Source: Candidatus Yanofskybacteria bacterium (GTDB lineage Bacteria > Patescibacteriota > Minisyncoccia > 2-02-FULL-40-12 > GWA2-44-9). From it: 64,000 nucleotides of DNA. Of this stretch, positions 29,525-39,604 are shown piece by piece (the stretch's first letter is position 1; the number at the start of each line of letters is the position of its first letter). The stretch lies in the NCBI GenBank assembly GCA_020847715.1, contig JADLBM010000021.1:800-64799 (forward strand), read 5' to 3'. Position numbers and translations under genes: made by a program. The notes under the pieces were generated by a model that was not told where the DNA came from, did no database searches, and worked only from the letters and a program-made list of their open reading frames with translations.

Positions 29525-29563
29525 GCCATCAATACACCCCCAGAATGGGGGTGTATTGATGGC
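29525..29563. terminator. bidirectional terminator-like hairpin
   Basis: gccatcaatacaccccc/gggggtgtattgatggc. Confidence 0.7.
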
Positions 29564-29704
29564 TCGAGCAATGCCCGCATAAGCAACTCAGCATTGTATG
29601 CGAGTGGGTGACCGCACCCCCGACACAGCAAGGCATCGGGGCTGATATGAGTCTCCCTGAGTCAATGAGTTGTCCTAAGGCTTATGCAGATACTGACTCG
29701 AGCT
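29562..29704 (-). ncRNA. putative stand-alone ncRNA (6S candidate)
   Basis: TACAAT -10 upstream; long closing helix gctcgag/ctcgagc, gcataagc/gcttatgc, aactca/tgagtt; ends at terminator. Confidence 0.5.
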
Positions 29705-29756
29705 ACTCCAATTGTACTCCCCGCATATCGCCCCGCAAGCAATGACCAGAACCGCG

Positions 29757-30245
29757 TTAGTTGAGCTCGTCCGCGGCGTAGAAGTAGTCCGCATCCGGAC
29801 GCTCCCACGAGATGATCTCCGCAGATTTGAAGAAGATTGCCAACTCCCGCTTTGCCGCCTTCGCATCCGACGATGAATGCACAACGGTGGTCGAGCGAGA
29901 CATGCTGTAATCTCCACGAATTGTGCCCGCCGGAGCATTCTTCCCATCCGTAGGACCACACATGGCACGCACCACACGCGCCGCCTCAAGTCCCTCAAGC
30001 GCCAGCGCAACGACCGGAAGCTTCCGCATGAACGCTTTGAGCTTCGGCAAGAACGGCTTCCCCTTGTGCTCTGCGTAGTGCCGATCCAAAATAGCGTCCG
30101 ACAGCTTCATGAACTTCATACCGACAAGCTTGATTCCCTTCTGCTCAAAGCGGTCGATAATCTCCCCGACGATACCGCGCTGAACAGCGTCAGGCTTCAG
30201 GAGCACCAGAGTTCGTTCCTTCGGATTCGGTTTACTCGTAGTCAT
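29757..30245 (-). CDS. ndk: nucleoside diphosphate kinase
   Basis: ERTLVLLKPD, GTIRGD, VHSS catalytic His. Confidence 0.96.
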   Translation of the reverse strand: MTTSKPNPKERTLVLLKPDAVQRGIVGEIIDRFEQKGIKLVGMKFMKLSDAILDRHYAEHKGKPFLPKLKAFMRKLPVVALALEGLEAARVVRAMCGPTDGKNAPAGTIRGDYSMSRSTTVVHSSSDAKAAKRELAIFFKSAEIISWERPDADYFYAADELN

Positions 30246-30256
30246 AGAAAGACGGC

Positions 30257-31750
30257 TCACGCCGTTGATGATGGTACGCGCCTACGATACACGGCCACGA
30301 GCCCTACGGCAAGGCTTGCATACAGGGCCCCCGCGAGCGTCGCACTGATGTGGACCTCGAGCGCCGCATACGGCAACGCCGAGAACCACCGGATGACGGA
30401 AAGCTGGTACGCCGCGACCAGCCACGCACTCTGCCCAATGAGCTGTCCTGCCACCGGAACGAGCAGACCCGTTACTGCCGTCGCGAGTCCGAGCGCCATG
30501 GCGAGCGGAACGAGCGGGAGGACGAGAATGTTCGCCGGAAGGGTATACACCGCGAGCGTTCCAAAATCGTACAAGAGGAGTGGTAGCACCATCACCTGTG
30601 CCGCGGTCGTCGTCGCAATGAGGGCGGCGAGCGGCTCCCACCGAACAACGCGGACAATGCATGGACGAACGAGCGGCTCGACATACACAATGCCGAGGAC
30701 CGCGAGAAATGAAAGTTGGAACCCGACATCCCACCGCAAGAGCATCGGATTCACGGCACACATCACCGCCGCAGACGCGATGAGCGCGCTCCCTGCAGAT
30801 TGGGCGCGCCCGACCTGCTGAGCGCTCAGTGCGAGGAGTCCCATAATGGCCGCGCGTACGACTGACGCACCCGCACCGACGAGCACTACGAAAACTCCAA
30901 TACCGAAGACCGCACCAAGGTACGCCCTACGCCGACCAAGCGGGCGCAACATCCGAACAACAATGGCGGCAATGATGGTGATGTTGTAGCCCGAAATGGC
31001 AAGAATGTGGCTTGTCCCCGTGCGAGCGAACGCATCCTTCAGGTCCTGCGCTACAAGACCCTTCGCGCCCACGAGGATACCCGCAAGATATGATGCCATT
31101 GGCTGTGGCACCGCTCGTCCGATGCTTTCAGCAATGCGCGCACGCACCGCCGCGAGAGCCTGCTCGACACCCACTCGCCATCGGAACGACCGCGACAGCG
31201 CACCATCGTCGGGAGCGCCGTACTCCGGATAGTACATCCGCGCATGAACCCCCTCTTTTGCCAAATACGCGACATAGTCGAACTCATCACCGATATTCAT
31301 CGGACGCTGGAGCGTCCCAGATATCGAGAATATCTGCCCCTGTCGTGGGCGTATCCATTCCGGTCCGAGCACGAGCACACGGTCATCGACACGAACTCGT
31401 CCGGTATCGCCCTCCACAGTAAACACTCGGAAGAAATATCGGCCTCCATTCGCGGTCGGTTCGAAATCCGTCGTGGCATATCCGGTCAGCGTCACCTTTG
31501 GTTTGTCACCAGCGAGATCCCACAGCACCGACGGCTTCGCGAGAACGGTGGATGCCCGCCACATGCCCAGCGCACCGCCAAGGATAAGCGCCCCGAACAG
31601 GACGCACCGCGGCTTCCGAATGCCGATGCACACCGCGCCAATGAGCAGGAGAAGCCACCCCCACATCGGACCAATCACAGCATATGAAGCGAGCGCAATG
31701 CCGCCGATAAACCCACCGAGAACAGCCACAACATAGCTTGACCGATGCAC
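30257..31750 (-). CDS. comEC: ComEC/Rec2 competence channel
   Basis: GTSHILAISGYN, SVVRAAIM, DVGFQLSF; start uncertain (31750 GTG or 31798). Confidence 0.94.
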   Translation of the reverse strand: MHRSSYVVAVLGGFIGGIALASYAVIGPMWGWLLLLIGAVCIGIRKPRCVLFGALILGGALGMWRASTVLAKPSVLWDLAGDKPKVTLTGYATTDFEPTANGGRYFFRVFTVEGDTGRVRVDDRVLVLGPEWIRPRQGQIFSISGTLQRPMNIGDEFDYVAYLAKEGVHARMYYPEYGAPDDGALSRSFRWRVGVEQALAAVRARIAESIGRAVPQPMASYLAGILVGAKGLVAQDLKDAFARTGTSHILAISGYNITIIAAIVVRMLRPLGRRRAYLGAVFGIGVFVVLVGAGASVVRAAIMGLLALSAQQVGRAQSAGSALIASAAVMCAVNPMLLRWDVGFQLSFLAVLGIVYVEPLVRPCIVRVVRWEPLAALIATTTAAQVMVLPLLLYDFGTLAVYTLPANILVLPLVPLAMALGLATAVTGLLVPVAGQLIGQSAWLVAAYQLSVIRWFSALPYAALEVHISATLAGALYASLAVGLVAVYRRRVPSSTA

Positions 31751-31844
31751 ATTCGGCCTCCTAGCTTCAGCACTTCCTCGTTCAACACTCGATTGCATGC
31801 GCGCACCCTAGCGCGTCGCAGTCGGCTGCGCAAATAAAAAGGCC

Positions 31845-32228
31845 TCACGAGGAGGCCGGTGCCGAACGGAAATAGATGTAGCACGCCCACAGGCTATGGA
31901 CGAGAAAGAGCACTCCGGCAACTGGCACGAACTGCCCAGCCGACACAGCGACATCCCAACTGATAACACCGAAGACCGTGCTCCCAATCGCAACAATCAG
32001 GAACCATATCCGCGGCAGGCACGATGGACCGACAACGAGACCCCAGAGCCCCAGAACACCGAACAGAATGCCAATGACGAGGCCCGTAACCACGGACCCG
32101 CCGTCTGGGGCGCCGTTCCACACATACCGCATCTGAAACGATGCGGCGAGAAAGAGCACGGGAGTCACGAGTGTGAGGAAACCGAAGAACATGACACGCA
32201 CAACTGCGCCAATCACATCCCGCATCAT
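31845..32228 (-). CDS. orphan 4-TM membrane protein
   Basis: GGAGGTG SD before MMRDV; hydrophobic. Confidence 0.65.
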   Translation of the reverse strand: MMRDVIGAVVRVMFFGFLTLVTPVLFLAASFQMRYVWNGAPDGGSVVTGLVIGILFGVLGLWGLVVGPSCLPRIWFLIVAIGSTVFGVISWDVAVSAGQFVPVAGVLFLVHSLWACYIYFRSAPASS

Positions 32229-32314
32229 GCGGCACCTCCGTACCGACTGTGCCATTTCCAAACAAAAACGCAACAGAAGACCGCCTCTTCGGCGGTCTTC
32301 CCTACATCAGGAAC

Positions 32315-35161
32315 CTAGTTACACACTCCTGTCGTCGCGAAGCAATTAGGACACGAGTAGCACGACCCGGCCTTGAACATGAGCGTACCGCACTGACAGA
32401 CCGGCGCGTCAGCATTCGTTGCCGTCAGCGCGGCTGGGCGCATCGCGGCTCCAACGGCTGCAGGAGCGGTAAACTCCTGCCCGGTCGCTTGTGGCCGAGC
32501 GAATGACACGACCTCCACCTGCGGCGCAAGTGCTGCATCATCATGAGCCGGCCCAAATAATTCTTCGCGATCCTCACGATCGAGGAAGCGCATCCCGAGG
32601 TAGCGGAACACATAGTCGGTAATGCTCTTCGCAACCGGCACATCCGGCGTGTTCGTGAAGCCGGCAGGTGCGAAACTCGTATCCTTAAACTTTCGCACCA
32701 GCGTTTTCAGTGGCATCCCCGATTGCAGACACATGCTCACCAGCGTTGCAATGGTATCGAGTAAACCGCTAATGGTACTTCCCTCCTTCGCCGCGATGAG
32801 GAACAGTTCGCCAGGCTTCTTGGTGTCCGGGTAGAGACCAACAGTCATGTACCCTTCGTACCCGCCGACGGAAAACTTGTGCGTGAGTGCCGGACGCTCA
32901 TCAGGAAGATGGATGCGAGTGTAGCCGTTCACCTTCTCCACAAGACTCTGATCCGATGCCGCACCCGCTTCGGTCTTCTCGTCTTTCTTTGTATTGAGCG
33001 GCTGAACACCCTTCGAGCCGTCGCGGTAGATTGCAACCGCTTTCAGTCCGAGCTTCCATCCCTGCATGTACGCATCGTACACATCCTCAACGGTCGCGTC
33101 GTGCGGCATGTTAATGGTCTTCGAGATGGCTCCGGAAATAAACGGCTGAGCCGCACTCATCATGCGCAGGTGCCCCATGTGACTAATGCTCCGCGAGCCG
33201 TTCGCCGGCTTGAACGAACAATCGAAGACCGGAAGATGCTCGTCCTTCAGGAACGGCGCGCCTTCGATGGTTTCGCGCTCCATCAGGTGATCGGTAATGG
33301 CTCCAACCTCCTGTTCGGTGTAACCGAGATTGGCGAGCGCTTGCGGTACCTGGGTATTTACCAACTTCAGCACGCCGCCACCAACAAGTTTCTTGTATTT
33401 GATAAGCGCAAGTTCGGGTTCAATGCCGGTCGTCGCGCAGTCCATCATGAATGCGATGGTGCCTGTCGGCGCAAGTACCGACACCTGTGAATTGCGGACA
33501 CCGTACTCGCGGGCAAGCTCCAGCGCCTCATGCCACACCACACGGGATGCGGCCTGCAATCCACGATCGCCGACACCCGCCTGCACGGCTCGCTCGTAGA
33601 GTGCGTCCGCATGCGAGCGGTGCATGTCGATGACCTTCAACTGCGGCTCTGTATTCGCCGCGTACCCGGCATAGGGGCCCTTCACATCAGCAATCTGCGC
33701 GCTCATGCGATACGCCTGACCGCTCATCAGCGATGTAATCTGCCCCGCCATGAGCTGGCCCTGCTCGCTGTCATAGGGCAACCCCATCGCCATGAGGAGC
33801 GCGCCCAGATTGGCATACCCAAGACCAAGCTCGCGGAAGTCGTTGGCGTTCTTCGCAATCTTTTCCGTCGGGTAACTGGAGTATCCCACGATAATCTCCT
33901 GCCCGAGAATCATGGTGTCCACCGCATGACGGAACAGGTGCGTATCGAAGGTGCCGTCTGAACGCAGGAATTTAAGCACATTCAACGAAGCGAGGTTGCA
34001 CGCGCTGTTGTCGAGGTGCATGTACTCCGAGCACGGGTTCGATGCGTTGATACGGCCCGTGTTCGCAGCGGTATTCCATGCGTTGATAGTCGTGTCGTAC
34101 TGCATCCCCGGATCAGCGGAGTGCCATGCGGCATCAGCGATCCACTGCATGACCTCCCGCGCCCGGACGCGCTCAAGCGTTTTTCCGGTCGTGACCGCCT
34201 TGAACTCCCACATCTCATCGTTCTCGACGGCGCGCATGAACTCGTCCGTAACCCGCACAGAGTTGTTCGCGTTCTGGTACGGCAACAGGGTGTACGGGGA
34301 GAAAAGGTCGCCATCGAGGGAGTTCGCGATGCCGCTTGCAACCAGCGCCTTGCTGTACTCCTCAATAACACGCTTGCTCTCGATGAAGTCCTTGAGATCC
34401 GGATGGTCGACATTCATCACCACCATCTTTGCGGCGCGCCGTGTCGTCCCGCCGGAACGGATGGTGTTCGCCACGCCGTCGGCCCCCTTCATGAATGACA
34501 CCGGACCGGAACTGAACCCGCCCTTCGAAAGCGGCTCCTTACTCGACCGAAGATGAGAGACATTCACGCCAGCACCGGAGCCACCCTTGAAGATGATGCC
34601 CTCATCGCGGTACCACTCGAGGATGCTCTGCATCGTGTCATCAACGGATAAGATGAAACACGCGGAGCACTGCGGCTTGTCGTAGACTCCGACGTTGAAC
34701 CAGACGGGCGAATTGAAGGACACATGCTGATTCACCAGAAGCCATGTGAGGTCTTCGGTGTACCGTTCCGCATCATCAGGAGAAGCGAAGTAGCCTCCCT
34801 TCACGCCCCAGAAACCGATGGTCTTCGCAACGCGATCGATCATTTGCCGAACGCTCGATTCGCGCTCGGGAGTACCGAGCTGTCCGCGAAAGTATTTACT
34901 TGCGACGATGTCGGTCGCGGTCTGACTCCAGAACGCCGGAGACTCGATTCCCAGCTGCTCGAACACCGCCGTGCCGTCAGACTTCGTAATGCGTGCGTCG
35001 CGACGCTCCCATTGAATCTCTTCATACGGGTGCACGCCGGTACCGAACCGGCGCTCCCACGTGAACCCGGTCGTGGCACCGGAGCGTTCGGGAGTCTGCT
35101 CCCGATTCCGATCATTGGTACGCGAACGCACTGACCTGACTGACGGCGGTGTGATATCCAT
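32315..35161 (-). CDS. nrdJ: adenosylcobalamin-dependent (class II) ribonucleotide reductase
   Basis: FNSPVWFN, SACFI, SNPCSEY, APTGT; C-terminal CQC..CPNC. Confidence 0.96.
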   Translation of the reverse strand: MDITPPSVRSVRSRTNDRNREQTPERSGATTGFTWERRFGTGVHPYEEIQWERRDARITKSDGTAVFEQLGIESPAFWSQTATDIVASKYFRGQLGTPERESSVRQMIDRVAKTIGFWGVKGGYFASPDDAERYTEDLTWLLVNQHVSFNSPVWFNVGVYDKPQCSACFILSVDDTMQSILEWYRDEGIIFKGGSGAGVNVSHLRSSKEPLSKGGFSSGPVSFMKGADGVANTIRSGGTTRRAAKMVVMNVDHPDLKDFIESKRVIEEYSKALVASGIANSLDGDLFSPYTLLPYQNANNSVRVTDEFMRAVENDEMWEFKAVTTGKTLERVRAREVMQWIADAAWHSADPGMQYDTTINAWNTAANTGRINASNPCSEYMHLDNSACNLASLNVLKFLRSDGTFDTHLFRHAVDTMILGQEIIVGYSSYPTEKIAKNANDFRELGLGYANLGALLMAMGLPYDSEQGQLMAGQITSLMSGQAYRMSAQIADVKGPYAGYAANTEPQLKVIDMHRSHADALYERAVQAGVGDRGLQAASRVVWHEALELAREYGVRNSQVSVLAPTGTIAFMMDCATTGIEPELALIKYKKLVGGGVLKLVNTQVPQALANLGYTEQEVGAITDHLMERETIEGAPFLKDEHLPVFDCSFKPANGSRSISHMGHLRMMSAAQPFISGAISKTINMPHDATVEDVYDAYMQGWKLGLKAVAIYRDGSKGVQPLNTKKDEKTEAGAASDQSLVEKVNGYTRIHLPDERPALTHKFSVGGYEGYMTVGLYPDTKKPGELFLIAAKEGSTISGLLDTIATLVSMCLQSGMPLKTLVRKFKDTSFAPAGFTNTPDVPVAKSITDYVFRYLGMRFLDREDREELFGPAHDDAALAPQVEVVSFARPQATGQEFTAPAAVGAAMRPAALTATNADAPVCQCGTLMFKAGSCYSCPNCFATTGVCN

Positions 35162-35299
35162 GCGGCGGTGGATCGAACACCTCACGGGGACCAGCGACCA
35201 CACCCAAGGGTGTGGTCGAACCGCGAGGACGTTCTGTGAAGGTCCTTCCTACAGGAAGGTTTGGACCTCCATTGTAGGCCCTTCCGACAACCAGGCAAA

Positions 35300-35308
35300 T
35301 GTGGATAA
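35300..35308 (-). promoter_or_regulatory. DnaA box next to the nrdJ -35
   Basis: Perfect TTATCCACA followed by T-TTGCCT-16-TACAAT. Confidence 0.55.
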
Positions 35309-35392
35309 TTTTGTGCCAATTTTCCCGTACAAAAGACGCTATTTGACATTCGCCATAAATGTGTGGTATACAACATGAACTCGGAGGTGCCC

Positions 35393-35617
35393 GTGAAGGT
35401 AAAGATCTTTTCAACCCGCAAAGATCGAGAAACACTCAACGAGGCAGTAATGGACCTCGAATCACAGCTCGACTACTGGGAGAGCAAGCGCGAGGAGGAT
35501 GGCTTCCCAATCCGAATCACTGGAGCAAGCACTTCGATTGCCTACCATCCGATAAGCCTCAACCATCCCCGAGCGCACGTCATGGCGACCCTCACCGTCA
35601 CGTACGAGCTCAAGTAG
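35393..35617 (+). CDS. orphan small protein
   Basis: TTGACA..TATACA promoter, GGAGGTG SD before GTG (alternative ATG 35375), terminator. Confidence 0.65.
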   Translation: MKVKIFSTRKDRETLNEAVMDLESQLDYWESKREEDGFPIRITGASTSIAYHPISLNHPRAHVMATLTVTYELK

Positions 35618-35678
35618 CCAGCACCCCGCACTCACCAGAGCGCGGGGGCTTTTTCAAATAGGAACTCCCTGCAACCGC

Positions 35679-36878
35679 TTATTTCATCTTCCGCCGGATG
35701 AAGGCGGGAATGTCGAGATCGTAGTCTTCGGCAACGGACGGATCGGTGATGGTCTCCCGCGTCATCACGGGTGCGGCCTGCTGTGGCGCCGGATATGCGG
35801 GCTGTTCCGGGCGATGCGTTGGCTCCTGCCGTACCGATTCACCTCCAAAGAAACTCATGTCCGCAGCGGATGCTCGGGGCGATTGGTTCACCAGCGACGG
35901 ACGCGCAGGCTGGAATCCGCCCGAGAACCCGGTGGCGATGACTGTCACCTTGACCTCGCCTTTTTTGAGCTCGCCTTCGACATCGTAGCCGAGCCCGAAA
36001 ATGATGTTCGCATCGCGATCCACGTGTTGCGTGATGATACTGGCAGCCTCTGCGACTTCCGCCATGGCCAAGTCTTCACCGCCACGCATGTTCAGGAGAA
36101 CACCTTTGGCCCCCTCGATGGACACATCGAGGAGCGGCGAATTGATGGCAAGCTTGGCGGCCTCAATGGCACGGTCGTCACCGGCGGCGACACCGATACC
36201 CATCAGCGCCGAACCGGAGTTCGCCATAACCTTCTTCACATCATTGAAATCTGCGTTGATGAGGTCGTGCCGCGTGATGAGGTCGGAAACCCCCTGCACG
36301 CCCTGCCGGAGCACATCGTCGACGATTTGGAACGCCTCGCGAGCGGGAGTCTTCCGATCGATGATGCTCAGGATGCGGTCGTTCGGAATAACGATAATGG
36401 AATCAACCTTCTCGCGGAGCGTGGTGAGCCCCTCTTCGGCAATGCGCATACGAGCGTTGCCCTCGAACATGAACGGCTTCGTCACCACCGCGACCGTCAG
36501 CGCACCCATCTCGCGAGCGATGTCTGCGATGACTGGAGCGGCGCCGGTGCCGGTGCCGCCGCCAAGCCCACAGGCCACGAAGACCATATCCGCGCCGCGC
36601 AACGCGGCTTGGATCTCTTCTTTCGTATCAACCGCCGCTTGGCGACCGATTTCAGGATTCATACCGGCACCCAATCCCCGCGTGAGAGACTTCCCGACAT
36701 GCACCTTGATTGCCGCAGGGCTGTTGTGGAGCGCCTGCGCATCGGTATTCACCGCAATGAACTCGACGCCGTGGATGCGAGACTCGATCATGCGCGAGAG
36801 CGCATTGCATCCGGAACCGCCGACACCAACGACCTTCAACCGCGCGAACGTTTCAAATTGTGGTTTTACCTGTGGCAT
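35679..36878 (-). CDS. ftsZ: cell division protein FtsZ
   Basis: GGGTGTG, INADFND, DIPAFIR C-terminal peptide. Confidence 0.99.
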   Translation of the reverse strand: MPQVKPQFETFARLKVVGVGGSGCNALSRMIESRIHGVEFIAVNTDAQALHNSPAAIKVHVGKSLTRGLGAGMNPEIGRQAAVDTKEEIQAALRGADMVFVACGLGGGTGTGAAPVIADIAREMGALTVAVVTKPFMFEGNARMRIAEEGLTTLREKVDSIIVIPNDRILSIIDRKTPAREAFQIVDDVLRQGVQGVSDLITRHDLINADFNDVKKVMANSGSALMGIGVAAGDDRAIEAAKLAINSPLLDVSIEGAKGVLLNMRGGEDLAMAEVAEAASIITQHVDRDANIIFGLGYDVEGELKKGEVKVTVIATGFSGGFQPARPSLVNQSPRASAADMSFFGGESVRQEPTHRPEQPAYPAPQQAAPVMTRETITDPSVAEDYDLDIPAFIRRKMK

Positions 36879-36960
36879 GTGCGTCTTGGTCCTATCACAA
36901 ATGAAAAAGGGGCGCAAACAGCGCTCCCTCCCCTGTGTACAACCCTGTTGATAAGTTACC

Positions 36961-38202
36961 CTACGGCAAGAAGTTCTTCAACCATGCCACGGCTTCCTTT
37001 ACCCAGCCGCCAACCGCCGACGATTCGGTGGGACGGTACCCCTCACCGACCTCGCGCGCGAACCCCCACGCCACCAACCCGACCGCAACAGCAAACGACG
37101 GGTCCATTGCGGCATCAAACGCCTCAACTCCCACGGGCTTGGCGATTCGCACCGGAAGACTCAGGGTATCGCGCACCAACGCGGCGAATCCGGGAAGCTT
37201 CGAGCCGCCACCGGATACGACGATGCCCGCAGGAAGGAGGCCGTCCTTTCCGGCCTTCTTGAGCTCATCCTGAACCATATCCAGCAACTCTCGCGTTCTC
37301 GCTTCGATTGCTCCCATGAGGTCTCTCCGCTGCACCGTGAAGGGCTCCTCCATGTAGGCACTGAGGTCAACGAGCTCCGGCTTCTTCCGGCGATCCCACC
37401 GCTCATTGACGATGCCAAGCTGGAGCTTAATCTGCTCCGCCGTTTCAAGCGAGGTCTTCAGGAGAATCGCGAGGTCGTTGGTGATGTGCCGACTCCCCAC
37501 GCGCATGATGGCGCTGTGCACCATGTCCGCTTGGTCCCACACCGTCAACGACGCAGTGCCACCTCCGAAATCAAGGTGTGCAACGCCGAACTCTTTCTGG
37601 TGCTTATCGAGAACCGACATCGACGCGGCCAGCGGAGCGAACACGTACCCTGCGACCTCGACTCCGCACTCATTTGCGCACTTTGCGATATTCTTCAGGT
37701 GACGCGAAAGGCCATGCACGATGAGCACATCGGCTTCCAGTCGTACGCCCTTCATGCCGAGCGGGTCGCGAACGTGTTCCGTTCCGTCGATGATGAACTC
37801 CCGCGGGATAACATGAATAATCTCTCGGTTCGGTGGCAACGACACCACCTGTGCGGTTGAGATAACGCGCTCGATGTCGCCGGCCGTAATTTCCCCGTCG
37901 GCGCGACCGACTGCAATCGTCCCCTTCGATACCTGCGTCCCGATGTGAAGCCCATTGACCGCAAGGTATGCACGGCGCACAGGAACGCCCGCCATGGCCG
38001 ACGCATGCTGGATTGCCAATCGCGTCGCATCCGTAGCTTCCTTCATATCGACTACCTCTCCCGCCCGAAGTGCGGATGTTGAGGCAACCGAACCGACGCC
38101 AACGACTTCTGGTTGCGTCGCCCCCGGTTCGACTCGAGCGATGACCGCCTTGATGGCGGTGTTGCCGATATCGATACCGCAGATGGTGTAGGGGTGGGAC
38201 AC
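36961..38202 (-). CDS. ftsA: cell division protein FtsA
   Basis: GIDIG, PLGMKG, HITNDLA, C-terminal amphipathic WLKNFLP. Confidence 0.97.
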   Translation of the reverse strand: MSHPYTICGIDIGNTAIKAVIARVEPGATQPEVVGVGSVASTSALRAGEVVDMKEATDATRLAIQHASAMAGVPVRRAYLAVNGLHIGTQVSKGTIAVGRADGEITAGDIERVISTAQVVSLPPNREIIHVIPREFIIDGTEHVRDPLGMKGVRLEADVLIVHGLSRHLKNIAKCANECGVEVAGYVFAPLAASMSVLDKHQKEFGVAHLDFGGGTASLTVWDQADMVHSAIMRVGSRHITNDLAILLKTSLETAEQIKLQLGIVNERWDRRKKPELVDLSAYMEEPFTVQRRDLMGAIEARTRELLDMVQDELKKAGKDGLLPAGIVVSGGGSKLPGFAALVRDTLSLPVRIAKPVGVEAFDAAMDPSFAVAVGLVAWGFAREVGEGYRPTESSAVGGWVKEAVAWLKNFLP

Positions 38203-38217
38203 AGGAATAACGGATAC

Positions 38218-38673
38218 CTAGGATTGAACGTCGAGGCTATTGAGGATTTGCTGCTCGAGGGAGAACATTCTTCTCGCCGCCGCAGCGCTCTTCTCGTGGT
38301 CATGCCCCGCCAGATGAAGGAGGCCGTGAATGGCGGTCCACTCCATCTGATGCCGCACTGACCTTCCCGACGCCTTCGCATGGACGCGCACAATGTCGGG
38401 ACACACGAAAAGATCACCTAATAATAGTGCAGTATAGCCTGAAATGGGCTTCATGTGGAGTGGAAAAGACAGCACGTCGGTCGGCGCGTCTACGCCACGA
38501 CGCGTCCGATTCAGTTTCCGCATGGCACGCGGCCCGATAAGCGTAATGCCAACTTCTGCACGATGCCTCTTGGGAATCTTCAGGTGCGGCTCTGCGCTCG
38601 CAGCGACGCGCGAAAAGAACGCACGACCGAACGTGCGGAGCGTGGTGCGATTGTGAAGCACCAGGTCAATCAT
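38218..38673 (-). CDS. ybeY: rRNA maturation endoribonuclease YbeY
   Basis: PTDVLSF, HGLLHLAGHDH. Confidence 0.96.
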   Translation of the reverse strand: MIDLVLHNRTTLRTFGRAFFSRVAASAEPHLKIPKRHRAEVGITLIGPRAMRKLNRTRRGVDAPTDVLSFPLHMKPISGYTALLLGDLFVCPDIVRVHAKASGRSVRHQMEWTAIHGLLHLAGHDHEKSAAAARRMFSLEQQILNSLDVQS

Positions 38674-38677
38674 CGGG

Positions 38678-39172
38678 CTACCCCAACATCTCCTTTACGA
38701 GTTGATTCACCTTGCCGCCATCGAACCGACCCTTGGTCTTTGGCGTGACTGCGCCCATAACGCGACCCATATCGCTCGCGCCAGAAGCGCCAGTCGTAGC
38801 AATCGCCTCGGTGATGAGTGCGCGTACGGCCTCCTCGGTAAGCTGCTCTGGGAGATATTTTGCCAGCACCGCCGCTTCAGCCGACTCACCCGCAGCAAGT
38901 TCGGGGCGGCCCGCCGCTTCATACTGAGCAACGGCATCACGGCGCTTTTTGAGCTCGCTCGTAATGGCCTCAAGCGTTTCCTCGTCAGTGAGAACCGACT
39001 TCTCCGCGACATCAGCCTCGGTCGTCGCGCCGGCCTTCATTAGCTTTGCTCGCTTGTCCAGCTCGCGATTCTGGATCGTCGACAGCAGCATCGAAAGCGT
39101 GCTCCGCGCGACCGAATCTCCCGCCTTGAACGCCGTCTTCATATCGTCCTTGATCGTTTCTTTGAGTGACAT
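38678..39172 (-). CDS. GatB/YqeY domain protein
   Basis: DMKTAFKAGD, KYLPEQL, DMGRVMG; follows rpsU. Confidence 0.93.
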   Translation of the reverse strand: MSLKETIKDDMKTAFKAGDSVARSTLSMLLSTIQNRELDKRAKLMKAGATTEADVAEKSVLTDEETLEAITSELKKRRDAVAQYEAAGRPELAAGESAEAAVLAKYLPEQLTEEAVRALITEAIATTGASGASDMGRVMGAVTPKTKGRFDGGKVNQLVKEMLG

Positions 39173-39255
39173 CTTCGGATTGAGGAGCGAATCGCGAGTA
39201 GCGAGAAGAAGTTCTGCTTCTCGCTACTGACTATCCGCTCATCGCTATTCACTGA

Positions 39256-39522
39256 TTACAGTTCGATTTCCTGCTTCAACCGGCGCTTGGCTTCATCGAA
39301 GGCATCCTCGTTATACTTGCCGAGCTTCTCGAGGTTCTGGCGCAACTTGCGCAGGTGCATGCCCATGATGGCTTTGTTCTTTTCCTGTCGCTCCGTGAGC
39401 TTCTTCGGGCGATACTTCAAGCTCTTCTTACGAATGAGCACACCCGACTGCTGTACGAAACGCGAAAATCGGCGCAGGAGGCTGCCCATTGATTCGTTCG
39501 GCTTTCGTTTTACTTCTACCAT
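39256..39522 (-). CDS. rpsU: 30S ribosomal protein bS21 (extended)
   Basis: VKRKPNESMGSLLRRFSRFVQQSG; HIT-rpsU-yqeY synteny; GAAAGGAGGT SD. Confidence 0.85.
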   Translation of the reverse strand: MVEVKRKPNESMGSLLRRFSRFVQQSGVLIRKKSLKYRPKKLTERQEKNKAIMGMHLRKLRQNLEKLGKYNEDAFDEAKRRLKQEIEL

Positions 39523-39604
39523 GTCATACCTCCTTTCATGTGCTAAGCGAATAGTGCCTAGCGAGCAACGAACGGTACCGGCTCCATTCGCTCCTCGCTC
39601 TTTG

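Noticed and set aside
32315-35161. Intein or intron in nrdJ
   Set aside because: Continuous ORF of normal length, no splice motifs or homing endonuclease
35162-35295. Cobalamin riboswitch or NrdR box upstream of nrdJ
   Set aside because: B12-box and GCCACTG core not found; the NrdR-like stretch near 35355-35370 is better explained as the divergent gene's promoter
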